Positions 11,020 to 25,386 are shown, numbered from the stretch's first letter. The stretch: 64,000 nt of DNA from Eledone cirrhosa (GCA_964016885.1 OZ024740.1:334800001-334864000), one strand, 5' to 3'. Numbers and translations: made by a program. The notes: generated from the letters alone by a model not told the origin.

Positions 11020-12190
11020 GATTTAACTTTATCTGCAATGACTACCGAGTATCATCCAGATACTTTGGGCAGGCATCATTGGTTTTGACATATTTAAATA
11101 GCTTTTTTTTTTCCTTCCTTATATTCACTTAATATGTCACATCCAAAACTTGATAGGTAAATTATTTTTTAAAATAATAAAATAGATATAGAAAGCTAGG
11201 AGTAGGAAGAGACACAAACAGGTATTAAGAAGGACAAAGGTAATGAATTAAATTTTCATTAAATTTACTATAAAAATAAAGAAGAAAAGTTTGTGTTGAC
11301 ATGTATTACAAAGACAAAAGTGTACAAAGTATGTGGGCGATAATTTTAGAAATATACTTTCGGTTTATTAGATGCTAGGTTCACCAGGTATGTTTTCTAG
11401 AAACCTTTGAATACCTTTCTTTATAACTAGTGCTCCTATTATTACCGTAATAGTTTCAGTTTATCTCAATTTCTAGATTTGTATATGAAGTTTTTCATAA
11501 TCTTATGCTGATATATTTCTATGAGCCAGCTTTTAAAAATCTTTAATAGAAATCTCAGAGTTGTTTGCATTAATAGTGCGAACTGTGGGAAAGGTATATC
11601 CCAAAGGAATTTGCTCTTTCAGTTCCAATCACTGATAGTGGTTTGTGTTCATAACTGTTTTCTAAATGTTCTGAGTTTTATCCTTTTCATATTATCAAGT
11701 GGATGTATGTCATGTTTAATATTAAATTCAGTCGGTGCTAGTGTAGGGCATCCTGATATGATATGACACATTGTTACAAGCTGTTGCTAACATATATTGC
11801 ATTTGTAGTCTGCTACCTTTCTGAGAATATTTCCCTAAGTCCAAGTAAAGCGGCTCTATTTCTAGGCAGCAAACATAAAGCCTTCTGTTTCAGACTTTTT
11901 TCCCAAACTTTCTAGCTACTGATGCGTTTGGGCGTTATCTACATCTGTATTACGTAAGAATTGGCTTTGACTTGCTTCTGTGGATTTTTTCTGCCTTAGT
12001 TGGAATTAGGACAGGTTCATTATATAGGTGCACATCTTCAGTTTTTAGCACTTTCTTGTACTTTCTTCCTTCTTTCAGTACTGAATGGAGATTCATTTGG
12101 TTTTCGTTTTCTTTTAAGAAAACCATCGACCGTAATTGGTGCACTCTCGTTAAATTTATAAGGCTTTTGTAGCTATTTTGTATGACAGTT
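11020..12190 (-). mobile_element. Old degenerate R4/Dong-clade remnant, different subfamily
   Basis: Minus-strand peptides ETEGFMFAA*, HIISGCPTLAPTEFNIKHD and LLWD...RTINAN parallel the C-terminal half of the intact ORF. The 3' end abuts (TAA)n at 11017. Confidence 0.75.
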
Positions 12191-12199
12191 CCAGTTATT

Positions 12200-12515
12200 T
12201 GGAGTCTCTCAGTCATTGATGTTATTTAACTGGAAAGTTTGTTCAAATGAAAACCAAGCCACTACCTGAGTCTAAAATATTCAGGATGTACCGGGGGTTT
12301 CTTGCTTTTCCCACAAAAATCACTTTTGAAGTGCTCCAAAACAAGGGGGCTAGACTAATGTTATTTAACCATCCCTGAAATCTCTTTGAAATAGTACCAA
12401 GTGCTCCTATGACAATCGGGACGGCATTGATCTCATGACACTTTAAATCATGGTATCGGTTACTTTTCTCCTTCTCCATTTCTTTCACGCTAGTATCAAA
12501 GGACCATTTCATTTC
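12200..12515 (-). mobile_element. Old 5'-truncated R4/Dong 3'-end fragment
   Basis: FDTSVKEMEKEKSNRYHDLK...VPIVIGALGTISKRFQGWL, plus the same 3' UTR (CTCAGTCATTGATGTTATTTAACTGGAAAG on the plus strand). Confidence 0.9.
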
Positions 12516-14753
12516 TGGATCGTTGATTACGTAAACTATCTCACAATTAATATTAGTAGTCATTATCAGTACTGTTCGCATTAATTCCAGCTGTGTCTAA
12601 CAACATATATCTTTGGCTGCTATAATTTACAATTATAGCGATTAATTTGCAGGAAGATTTTCGTTGTCTAACGTATTTTGGCTGTATAATAGTTTTTAAA
12701 AACGTGAAAAAGGCTGACAATATGAATCACTGGATAATTCAAATTGCAGAATATGATCAAGATTTACGTTTAGGTTTGAAATTCCTACGGAGTCATCTTT
12801 GAATTTCAGTTATAATAGAGATGAGAATTTTGTCTTAGTATAGACAAAATTACCTAAAGATTTCGTAGAGTCAATCTTATTTTCTATCCATACCTATCCA
12901 TCTAAGGTATTTTATTGACTGGTGGACTTATAGGGACACCGTCGAGACATGCGCCGTTTGTTCTGTATCTAAAACAAACGATGTTCAACACTTTCAAGGT
13001 CTAAACAAACCGATTTCTTCCTGGAAAGAGAAGGGGGTAGAGAGGAAGAGTTAACACAGTATTGGACTGTTACTACTATATGTATTGATCTCAAAAGTTT
13101 GAAATCATAGTTGACCTCGATGTTATTTAAATCCAGGTTGCAAAGAGTCGGAATAAACACCACGACGCATTCTGTCCAGTATATGAATGTACCTGCCATT
13201 TTGTTTGTCATATGCATGTCAACCTAAGCTAAATTAAGCGCAATAGAGTCACATAACAGATACAGCGCCTTGTTAGAAATTTAAATTTGCTTTCATCTTG
13301 ATGTTGTCAGAGTTGATCGTTTTGATTTACGATAAAACACTTTCAACCATAAACATTGCACGTTTTTTTATATGATTACATTGTCAAGTGCCCTTCCTTC
13401 GTTAAAAAGATGAGTATACTCATTTAGTTGTTATTTTGTGATTCATTGTGCATTATATCTTTTCGTGATAAAGTAAATCTTTCCAGTCATGTGATAAAGT
13501 TCATTCATACATTTATTCTATATAGAAATATACCTTGTGTTCATATTTGAATTAATAAGGCATTTTATTTCCTTTTTTTCGTCCATATGAATTAGGAAAC
13601 TTTTAAAGATGAAACACATTTCGTTATGATGTTCCTGGCTATTAACTGTAAAGTATTTTAAACCGTTGATTTCCTACTACCTTTTCTTCTTTAAATACAT
13701 ATTTCTTTCTGCCACTTAAAATCTAGAACTGTAAAAATTCTACTTAACATTCATCTCATATTCCTTAATCATATCAAACTTAAAATCAATGCCTTTCAAT
13801 TACGTTAATGCATTTTCACATGGAGATCCAACATCCTATTTCACTGCTTCTCCCCTCTCCCAAAATGTATCTGCTGTATTTATCTCCACATCTCTCCACT
13901 TGCATTCTCATTTGATCTCACGTCCATGCTTGATCGTGCTTCTGTTTAAAATATTTAAATTGTACTTACACCTCCATTTTCAGGTTCTGCATATCCACCG
14001 GTATATCGCATTGATGCTCTTCGAGCGCGCTTTACATTTTTAGCTTTCTTCGCCATTTGCTGAAATGATAGAAAATCAAATAAAGTTTAAAAAAACAACA
14101 AAACTTGGAAGACTTCAATCCCAGTTTCATTTCACTCCTACATTTCTTTAAATCTCTATTTTTAGGCACTCCGTTTGGAAATATAACTCATTTGCCAAAC
14201 CAAAGAACGCTAGCCCAGGAATACTTTTATATCTGGGTCACTGTACACAGATATCTGGTGTATTATTAAAGAACCAAGATCTTATACAAGGACATACTAG
14301 AATGATTAGGCTTGGCATCTCCAAAAATTAAGTTGGTGTAGTGCTTTCTGTTTTAAACAAATACGCGACGAGCTGGTGATCATTACATGGTGTGTGTATA
14401 ACGATAACGAAAAAAGCGCTATTACGTTTTGCAACAGGGTTCCCTAAATACGATTATTAATAATTAATTTCTTACCCTTTAGACATAAAGCTATTTCCAT
14501 GAAAATATATACCTATTTCATAATCCGGAATATTTGTTTTCATACAAAGCCAAAATACACTTGTTGAGCCAAATTTGCTCTCAAAGAATACCAACCTTAA
14601 ATGCTACGTTTATCGAAACATAGTTCATATATATATATATATATATATATATACTAGCAGCAGTACCCAGCGTTGCCTGGGTAGGTAAAATAATATCTGC
14701 TTTGATGAAAAGTTGTTGATCTTAGCGACTGATTCTCGATGACTCATCTATGG

Positions 14754-15506
14754 CTACACACAGTTGCCCTGAAGTTTAAATGTAGGCATGAAACCGTCTT
14801 CCTTAACAATGTTTGCTCCAAACGATGTCATCTGAAAGGCGCAGTTGTATTTCCGGATATAATCAAGGAAGTGCTTAGACTCCGCTGTTCCACCTGCCAG
14901 ATACATCTTCAATGGCTCAGTTGGATCAAGGAGGAAAGGCAAGCTGACCTTTCCATTCGCGCAGCACATCCCAGATGGTTCAGCTAACCACTTCATATCA
15001 TTGCAGTAGGTGCAAATGGTGGACATATCGCTAATGGTCACATCAGCATGGGTGGCATAATTGAAGGTTGGAATATATTCAAACGCCTTAAGTAGCCATC
15101 GCGAACTGGAAGGCCTTGAAAGACCATTTCTGGAAAGGCTTCTTTGAAGATTACTATGCAACCGTTCACGCCTTTCGGGTGATGTCTCCGTATCCCGTGC
15201 AGTGGCCGCCGACATTGCGTTTCTTCTTTTTCTGCGAACGCGCTGAACCTCATTTTCAGATGCTCGTGCACTAGCCGTCGACATTGCGTTTCTTCTTTGT
15301 CTACGAACACGCTGACCCTCATTTTCAGAACCTCGTGCACTGGCCTTCAACACAGTGTCTCTTGTCTGTCTGCGGACGCGCCGATCCTCCGTTTCAGCAG
15401 CGCGTCTTATTTCGGCATTTTGTAGTGGCTCACTTGCTCGTCTATTTGTCATACTTCTGCCTCGCGCCGTTTTCCGACCAATGTTGTTACTCGTCTTCGG
15501 AGGCAT
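14754..15506 (-). pseudogene. Helitron RepHel N-terminal fragment (Arg-rich repeats and Zn-finger), truncated before the HUH and helicase domains
   Basis: CTYCNDMKWLAEPSGMCCANGKV...FLDYIRKYNCAFQMTSFGA...PTFKLQG is the typical Helitron N-terminal block. Confidence 0.85.
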
Positions 15507-15520
15507 TATCTAAAGAGTAG

Positions 15521-15652
15521 TTACGTCCCTTTACGATCTGATTTCAAATCCCGCCGAGGTTGACTTTGCCTTTCATCCTTACGGGGTCGATAAAATAAAG
15601 TACCAGTAATACACTGAATAATTTCTGGCCTTGTGCCTAAAGTAGAAACAAA
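15521..15652 (+). mobile_element. 5'-truncated SINE family A with 14-bp TSD
   Basis: TATCTAAAGAGTAG at 15507-15520 and 15653-15666; the body matches the copy at 37638. Confidence 0.92.
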
Positions 15653-16518
15653 TATCTAAAGAGTAGGTTAAGCACATCTGGAATAGAACTCGTTAAAGAG
15701 ATTAATGCAGAGAACAGTATAGCCGGATTGTTCAAAGTAACCATTTATCGCAGACTTAAAAAGTTAAAGAATTATCGTTGACACCCGGTTGAAGTAGAGG
15801 TAAATAGTTTGAACTGAGATGAACGGAGTCCAAGTAGGAATAAAACCTGGTTGTAAATTCATGAGTAGGCGAGATTCTTGAAAATCGGTTGTAAGGTGTA
15901 GTAAATGGCGAAATGTTGAGTTAAATCGTATACAATTATATATATATACAGATATATTTAAAATAGAGAGAAATATTATATATATATATAATAGAGAGAG
16001 AGAGAGAGAATTAACATACAGATCGATGTAGGAGTGTAGATATTAAGTGATGTCGTCTGCTGAGTTAACAGTGAAAGTTTATATGGATTGATGATTTCTC
16101 CTACATTCGTTCCTTTTCATTAGTAGTGTCTCATGATAGAATGTTGTTGATGTTTTTAAGATGATTTTACATAAACATTTTGTCCAATGTATTTTTAGCT
16201 GGTAGAGCGACCAAGAAGTCATTTGTCATTGTGTGGCAATTGTTTTAACCGATTAGAGTAACTATCAACGGGAAATAATTCCTTCTGTCCTGCTTCTTAG
16301 GTATCAAGATTTACTTCCCTTTAATTTGTTTTATCTAAGATTTTGTGTATTTGGTTGACTTATTTTTGAATATTTAATGACACCGGAATAAAAAAAAACG
16401 ATACGCTGATATATAGAAAACACTCTCCGATGACTAATCTATGAGCCTGTAAAGCTTCATGACAATCGGTCGTAAGTTGTAGGCCGCTATAGGCAATACA
16501 CACACACATACTTAATTT

Positions 16519-16554
<36 letters not shown>

Positions 16555-16639
16555 AATGATAATCTTATCTCACATATACATATATAAATGATTTATTATG
16601 AATCCAACTTCATTGACGAATAAGCATGAAGTTTGCACC

Positions 16640-16907
16640 TAGAAAGTTAACCGCCAATGCACAAGCCGGTCAAGTTGTTTCTGTTGGAGACAAACAGTCG
16701 CCTATGGATAACAGTCTTCCCTCTTTCCAACTCTTATATCATACAAAGGAATGTAAAACGCCGATACAGCTTAGAACCAAATACATCGCAAACCATTTTA
16801 TTCCAGTTAGTTGAATTGGAACAAGGACACAACACGTCACCCGGAATCAAATTAACAACATCCAAATTGTGAATCCAACACTCTAAATAGTAAACCACGC
16901 GCCTTCA
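16640..16907 (-). mobile_element. Degenerate SINE family B (tRNA head, CORE-like centre); related copies at ~30440-30585 and ~63330-63570
   Basis: A shared TTGCTCAxGxATACAA-like segment and A/B-box-like motifs on the minus strand; all copies abut CA repeats. Confidence 0.5.
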
Positions 16908-16915
16908 CACACACA

Positions 16916-17068
<153 letters not shown>

Positions 17069-18739
17069 TAACTACCAGGAACTCGCTACCTTACAGGTAG
17101 CACTTTTGTCATATTATATTGTTGTACATATATGCAAACAGTCATAGAAAGCATATATATATATATATCGGCCCGGAGAAATACTACAACATTATCCCTC
17201 CTCACCGGCTGATACGCACATGGGCGCACACAGTACAGCCGCATATAAAACCACGACTCCATCTAAATCTCACCAGCTGACATTAAATGACCATACTCTG
17301 AGCCTGCACCCAGACAGACACCCAGATCTAGCGTGTACATAAGCACCTACGCTAACGGGGGTCATGTTTACATACACTGCCGTCACTCGGCAACACACGA
17401 ATAACTGCATATGCCGCTAGCAAATAGGTAGCTTAATCTACACCATTCCCAGCCTCACATCCAACTCTGAAGCCATACAGGAATACTCCTAAATAGATTT
17501 GCACCACGACACCAATCCGATAACGGCATTAAAACGACAATACTCGTTCAGGTTCTCAATTTATAATTGGACGCGGGAAGCTCTCCAACACCCCGAGCAG
17601 ACATAGGCACCCCCCAAAAAACTGTGATCCACTATATTTCATAACAAATAAATAATAATTATCCACTCTACTTGTCCTTTTCACAATAAACAGAGAAAGT
17701 ATCATCAGCATCCACAAACAACCGCTCACACAAACACATCTGTAGGCAGAATCAAGCCCACACAGACACAAGCACAATAAGTACTTTATATATACACATA
17801 CCCATTAACACCACCTACACACATACGTCTTTTGAGTCCTTAGTACTAGAACACCTCTAAATTGAAATGGAAAAGGAGAAACATATATAATCCACTCGTT
17901 GTTTAATGTATTCTAAGTGTTTCGAAAAACAACCAGTTATAGTTACAAACATGACTCTAATTAACCACACAATCTAACATACATAGGCACCCACAACAAT
18001 CTTAGGCCTACTATATGGTTGAACAAATACAAAATAATTTCAACACTACCCACGCACACATCTAGGTCGGCAAAACCCCACATACATATATATATATACG
18101 TGCCATAAACACACATCCGCACCAACAACCTCTCCACACACGCGTTGTAAAATCCATAGTACTAGAACTAATCTAACTAAAATGTGTTTTTTCAATGTAT
18201 ACATCTGCCCGGATTTTAAGGTAATTAAAGGGTTAACCTAGAAACCTGTAACATATACTACAAAAAGAACTCGAAACTGTTACACTTCATCGAAACTAAC
18301 AAACATCAATTGCAGTATCACCTAGATCATCTGTGATCTTTTGAGATAAGTTTGTCAATGGGTGAACAGACTATACTTTGATCAGTAAGAGTTAGCCCCT
18401 TGTCGTTTAGTCAATTCTTTGGTTATGTTGTCTGTAAATTGCGAAAACAATCCTGCTGATAAACATGCATAAACACACACACCTATAAATTTCCTATAAA
18501 TATAATTCTACCATCTCTAAACAATTCTTAAACATCTCTCATACCCATATAAGTACGTACACATACAGATACACACATATACGCAGATATACACACTTGC
18601 ACAGCACCACACCCACGCACAGAACCATTCCCTAAATTTATAAACATTTATACCTGTGTGTTTTTATATATACAATACGATCAATTCATTCTAAACGCAT
18701 TCTGGAGTAACCTATGAAGCAAATGTTTAATTGGCTGGA

Positions 18740-18945
18740 CAGTTTATACACATATATGGACACAACACACAACACAGAAAAACAAAGTGATGTGCGGAAC
18801 AAAGGAAACACACAAAATAAAGAAATTAGTCAATGAGGAGGTCACAATCCATGAACAGCCATCCGGTTATCGAACCAACCAACCAACCGGAAATTTATAA
18901 TAAATTGAAGTGAATTTCAACGGCTGCATGTGTTTTTATTTACAG
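18740..18945 (+). mobile_element. Penelope-type 3' terminus; the CA-rich tail probably extends back toward 17070
   Basis: CCGGTTATCGAACCAACCAACC..GGAAATTTATAATAAATTGAAGTGAA is the reverse complement of the terminus at 29207-29290, which follows a GIY-YIG fragment. Confidence 0.65.
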
Positions 18946-19029
18946 CAAGACCCTCCTAAAGTATAACAATATATGTTTCAACACACGTTTTCAGTTAAAA
19001 AATCCTGCAAAACAATTTCACAAACGAAG

Positions 19030-19126
<97 letters not shown>

Positions 19127-19302
19127 TTGGTGCTCTGAAATAGCGATATATATATGAATGTATATATAGTGTATTTTGCAATACAGTGCATGCTTAATTA
19201 AAAGCATTTTGAAGACCTTACGCTATTGTCACCTACTTCTTTTTTCAACAAACAAAGGGAGATAAGCTGACAGATCTCTGTTTCATACTGTTGGAGAGCT
19301 TA

Positions 19303-19483
19303 GCACTCCCCTTTTTATTGAAAATTATGAATGTTGGATTTTATAGAATTCCAGTAATAATCAGGAACTGATTATACAGAGCGGTTTCACGCTGTTTGGC
19401 GATTATCAAAGCCACGCACTCCCTCTTCCGCCGAAAATTATAGAAGTTAGATTATTATAGAACTCCAGTAGTAATCAGGAGCT
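19303..19483. repeat. Diverged two-copy local duplication (~113-bp period)
   Basis: GCACTCCC..GAAAATTAT...TTATAGAA.TCCAGTA.TAATCAGGA.CT occurs twice. Confidence 0.75.
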
Positions 19484-19499
19484 TATTCTCTTTTCATAA

Positions 19500-19532
<33 letters not shown>

Positions 19533-20739
19533 CGTGTGGGTGTGTGTGCGTGTGTGTGTGTGTGCGCGTGTGTGCGTGTGTGTGTAAAGTATTTTATGAG
19601 AGATCGTATTTATTCTGTTTCTTTTTCCATCCTTCTTATATCAATGTGTTCTCTTCGTCCGCATGTACTTTGCAAACCTATGATTATGAAGAAAATACAT
19701 TTTAAATGTTATTATTATTGTTGTTCATAGGTGTGGTTGTGCTTTTGTCGTCGTCGTTTTCGTTGTTGTTATTCTTATTATCCTCGCCACCACCATCATC
19801 ACCATCAATATTATTTTTATTATTAAGGGTGGATTAGCAGAATCTGTAGGGCACCGGGCACCATGCATTGTGGAATAGAATTACAACCTTTTATTTTCTG
19901 AGTTCAAATGCTGCCAAGAATTTATGAAGTTTGTATATTTCAATTAACTATCTTCTCCTGCCTTTTCATTTGTTCTTAATTTCTTACTTCACTGACCGTT
20001 GTATTTACCGGAAGAAAAGTGGTCGTCAACGTACTTCAATTTTTGTCACATACTTCCTTACAAGTGGCTGAACATGAACATAAAGGACCAGAATTCGAGG
20101 ATTCGACGGTACGGGTTTGAAAACGCATCCACATCTAGTTGTGAAACTTTTAAGGCAAGTACCACTGCTTTATTGTTATAGCTTTTAATAGCAACTACGA
20201 ATTCACGCCTAACGGTTTGTTTGGTGAATATTGATTACGTACTATCAGCATAACTTATAATAAAACATTCTGTCCGTCGGGGCCGCGGGGTGGCAAACGC
20301 ATGGGCCCCCGATTGCTTGTAATAGTGAGAGATGGGGAGAGACAGAGAAAGAGACGGAGTCAATGACTATACCAGTATTGCTGAAGTATTTTGTAGAGTT
20401 AAAGGTTAAGTGATATTACTTAATGGGCACACTATTGTGTTTCCATAAAACATTTGTGATTCCATATACTTTCAATAGATTTTGTCTGTTTTGTCAGTGT
20501 GTCGATTCAAATGTTCAGTATTCTTTCTACAATGAGAAATGAATAGAAATATCTTTGTTGTCGATTATAATGTTGCCATGTTTTGATACATTTCTTAGTT
20601 TTCTACAGCTAAAGGTTTTCTCCCTTTATTTTGTTTTACAAATAACAAATAAACAGTTATTTATCGAAACAAAGGATCATTTCTGAATCCATTTGTAAGT
20701 AAAAGCTATTAGAGTAAGTAATTGGGATTTATGTATGGT

Positions 20740-21140
20740 GATTGTTCGTACTTATCATAATGTTTGTGTATTGCTGTTGCAATATCTCTTTGCATAAAGA
20801 TGGAAAATAACTTTGACCTTTGCGAAAGCAAAGCACAAAGAGTGTGTGTATCTTACTAATTCATTCAATTGTACAACATTTAGCAGGTAGGTTTAATAAA
20901 GAGCATTGTTACAAAGATATTTTACATTATATTTATGAAAAAATAGGCCATCATCAAAAACAGCATCTATGTATCAGCAAGCAAAGCTAATGAACATGCC
21001 TGGAAAACATATTTTATAGATTGTTCTTAATGACTTGTATTATGAATTAAATATATTAAAGACGATTGAGGTCAAATATACTGCGATATTATTCTATGAT
21101 TTTATCATAAGATTTCACCGAGACTATGACAATAAATCAT
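20740..21140 (-). pseudogene. Possible decayed class A GPCR remnant (ICL1-TM3)
   Basis: KSLRT (LRT at 21030-21022), NMF, then SLALLAD (20993-20973) across frameshifts, resembling LRTxxNxFxxSLAxAD. KRY near 20790. Confidence 0.35.
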
Positions 21141-22372
21141 TATTTAATTAAAGAACAAAAGCAATTAGAATTATATAATACTATGAGATATATTAGCATT
21201 TATAATAAGGAATCCTCCTTAGCAAAGAAAACGTACATAAATTGTAGTATTTCTTAGCAACTAAATTATCGTTGTTATTCTTAGATCAGCCAATATCCAG
21301 TATCCATATGGTCAAAACGATTCCAACTAAGACAATATGTTTCTGTATAACAATTAACACAATCAAATACGTCTTCATTTATTAAGTTGTCTATGTTGAT
21401 ATTTCTAGAAGGACCAGCGACAGCATACATGTTCCCGTGTTCGTAGGTTTACATAATGTAGATTTCTTTGGTATAGGGCTGGAAAACTAATACAAAGAAA
21501 TGTCCATAGATAATATTTTAATTGAATTACTGATAACGTCCTCCTAACTCCAAATAACGTCAAACTACAGATATATTTGAATAAACAAATCATGCCGTTA
21601 TGTTGAAAAATATTCATTTATTTGGTGAGATGTTTTTATGTAGGGACCGCTATCAATAGCGAAAGTTCAATTTAAAATTCACAATTGAATAAAACTGCAT
21701 TGTTTTTTTTTACATATTTAGCATTTAAAATAGATTCCGATATGTATCACACCTAAACATCATTCCTAACTCTACACCTCAAAGTAGATTTCGAAAATAT
21801 TCCATGCTGTTCCATTCCCCGCTAAGTTTTAATTAACATCAACATACATTATCCTTTAATTAACAGATCGACTCTCACATATAAATTTCAATTTTCTCTA
21901 AGTATATATTCTCTAGATTTTCATAAAATAGGTTTTTCCTTTCACGCTTTCGTTTAACATCGTGTGTAAATAATGATGCATCATAACGTTTGTTTAAGAA
22001 GTTTATATAAAATATATATTGGCTATTACATCTTGATATTCAAGGATATCTGATATGTGTAGGTAGTGTATTTTGAGAATACATAAACCATCATATGTAT
22101 TGTGTTACTTATACTATCCAATATCTAGCAAAGAAAACATACTAACAGCAACCAATTTATGACCGGACAAGATTCACTAAAACATGATAAAAGGTTTTGA
22201 AGTATTTTATACATTTCGAAAACATTCGCTTAGGAAGCATATTGATCCATATATACAAAGTTCCATGCATACATATATACATACATGCATACACACATAC
22301 AATAAAACACGAACACACACATACATATATATATATAGGGAGAGAGCGAGAGAAAGAGAAATATACATATAA

Positions 22373-22435
22373 GTATTGATGTGTATCTCACCCTCAACTT
22401 TCCCCGTCTCTTCATATATGTATATATGTATATAT

Positions 22436-22503
<68 letters not shown>

Positions 22504-22524
22504 ATATTATATATATCCCTATAT

Positions 22525-22559
<35 letters not shown>

Positions 22560-22631
22560 TTCCATATATATATCTACATATATACATATATGAAGAGACA
22601 GGGAAAGTTAGAGTGTTATACACATCAATAC
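22373..22631. repeat. ~48-bp inverted repeats enclosing a microsatellite; a third related copy lies at ~26068-26112
   Basis: GTATTGATGTGTATCTCACCCTCAACTTTCCCCGTCTCTTCATATATG versus CATATATGAAGAGACAGGGAAAGTTAGAGTGTTATACACATCAATAC. Confidence 0.88.
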
Positions 22632-22658
22632 TTATATTTATATGCATGTGTGTGTGTC

Positions 22659-22820
<162 letters not shown>

Positions 22821-23369
22821 GGCCTGTATGTTTATTACCGTGTCTATGCCGTATACATTTGTATATATATATATATAGAGAGAGAGCATATTTCAAATTA
22901 TTTTCTCATGTTGTTATAGTGATTGTTGAAGTAAATTTCTGACAATATCTATAACATGATACATCAATCAAATATTAAGCGACCGGCAGCTAAGTACGTA
23001 AAACAACCACCGTTTCATATGACATAAAACAACTTATAACAAATGTTGATATTTATTTTACTTATCTCTGTAATTTTTTCGATTTTCGAAAACCATTCCC
23101 TTAATAAGCAAGTATGAAATGGAAGCTCTCCTTGTCTAAGAACCTCGGTTCCCAATTTAGTTGGGAAATTTCACTTATACAATCATATGTAGAAATATAT
23201 TTAGAAAATTAATTTTTGTCATAAACTATGCTACATAATATCATTTTATATCCTCTAATGTTATACATGGATAGATAACATTTCTACACATAATTTAGGG
23301 AAACCTATGGTGACATTTCTAGTGCACAACACGTCATTCAATTAGAGTCTATATATATAGTACTGGATT

Positions 23370-23920
23370 GCATTTTAGTTTTGCAGTTTAGAATTTTCAT
23401 TGTTGGGTGAAGTTTACTAATATAAGTAGGGAATCATACTTCCTATAAGATTAGTGACTCTATTTTACTGGTTTGTAATTAATTCTGGATATTTGGTGGA
23501 GGAAAAGTCTTTCGGATATAATTTTGTCAAATTTTCCTGCGATTGTTAGCACGATCAATATAATCTTTATGTTTCATTCTTCTTTTTTATAATATAGTCT
23601 CATAATGAATGCCGCTATTTGGAGATAAATCAAGAATTAATATTTCTGGACAAGATTAGCAAACGCATCGACTATCATTAATCTAATTGTCAAACTGACA
23701 ATGCGATAAGAGACTTTAATAACAATTGTGAATGACACTATTTGCAAAATTTCAGATAATGGGAAAGCCGTTACGTATGCAAAGACAATATCATGGATAG
23801 AATATAGGGAGAAAAATATTACATTTCAAATACAATATGGTGCAGAAAGTGTTACATTCGTTGTGGATTCAATGGAAGCCATGATATTTACTTTTAATGC
23901 TGATGCATCCAAGTGAAAGA
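23370..23920 (+). pseudogene. Possible decayed class A GPCR remnant (TM1-TM4)
   Basis: FIVG*SLLI (23396-23422, TM1-like), NASTIINLIVKLTMR* (23662-23709, TM3-like), KAVTYAKTISW (23764-23796, TM4-like). Confidence 0.38.
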
Positions 23921-24105
23921 AAATTAAATGCCATATTAGAATATAACCGGTGATTCCTAAAGTCGCAATGTATATCATAAAATTTAAAGAGAACGTATAT
24001 TAACGAGAAGAGCCATCTAAACAGAATATAGTTATCAGCGTGACTGTGTTTATCTTTGTATATCTAAATTAGGAAAAATGCATTTCAGATATACAATATG
24101 TAGGA

Positions 24106-24174
<69 letters not shown>

Positions 24175-24243
24175 TGTGCGTGTGTGTGTGTGTCTGGTGT
24201 GTATGCATACATAAATACATACATACACACCCTTATATAAATC

Positions 24244-24340
<97 letters not shown>

Positions 24341-25094
24341 TACATAGGTGTGTGTTTATGTGTTGGGGTGTGAGTATATATGCATGAAATGAATCACTGT
24401 ATGAACGTATGAGGGTGTACTACGTATATGTCTATGGGTAGGTATTGTGTCATGTGCCTGACAATGCATCTGTTTGATGTGGATGACATCAAACGGTGTA
24501 CCATTGTGTATGGCAGGAAAGGTCATTTAAAGCTTGTATGATGCATCACAATATATGAACTAGATTGTCAGAAATATAATTCATGAACAAGAAAAGGTAA
24601 GGGGGAAGTTGAAATATGTTATATATATGCACGAGAAGAGGCACATATGTATATGTTTTTGTTAGCGGGCGCATTATCTATGTATCTAGCGGCATCACAC
24701 ACATAAATATATACATATATATGTATATATATGGATGGGGTGGCTGTGTATGTGTGTGTTTGTGTCTACGCTATGCAAAAAATAATGGGAAACAAGAAAA
24801 CAAGCAGCTCAGTACAATGATGAAATATATTAGTTTAACACTAGATATAGTAGGATAAGAGACATTATGTTGCAAAAACTAGTCTTTCATGAGAAGCAAG
24901 AATGAGAAATAGAAGAATTAATGGAAACATAGAAAGTGAAAAGAGGATTTTACAAAAAGATTCTAGTGAAGACAGATATGAATTTATTCACCCAATTTGA
25001 GGAAAAGGCTATATATTTTGAATTCGGCTATAAACATATATAAAAATATATATGATACATAGACACGAATGAACACACACATACACACACACGT

Positions 25095-25128
<34 letters not shown>

Positions 25129-25153
25129 GTGTGTGTGTTTGTGTGTGTGTGTG

Positions 25154-25213
<60 letters not shown>

Positions 25214-25222
25214 TATATATAG

Positions 25223-25303
<81 letters not shown>

Positions 25304-25309
25304 CATATA

Positions 25310-25353
<44 letters not shown>

Positions 25354-25386
25354 TGTATGTATGTGTATATATACATATACACATAT

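Larger units (their letters stand above)
14654..16530 (-). mobile_element. Internally deleted Helitron with a recognisable 3' terminus
   Basis: The minus strand ends with hairpin TACCCAG-GCAACG-CTGGGTA (14664-14683) then CTAG|T (14654-14657). It contains the RepHel N-terminus. The probable 5' end is near 16520-16530 (approximate). Confidence 0.85.
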
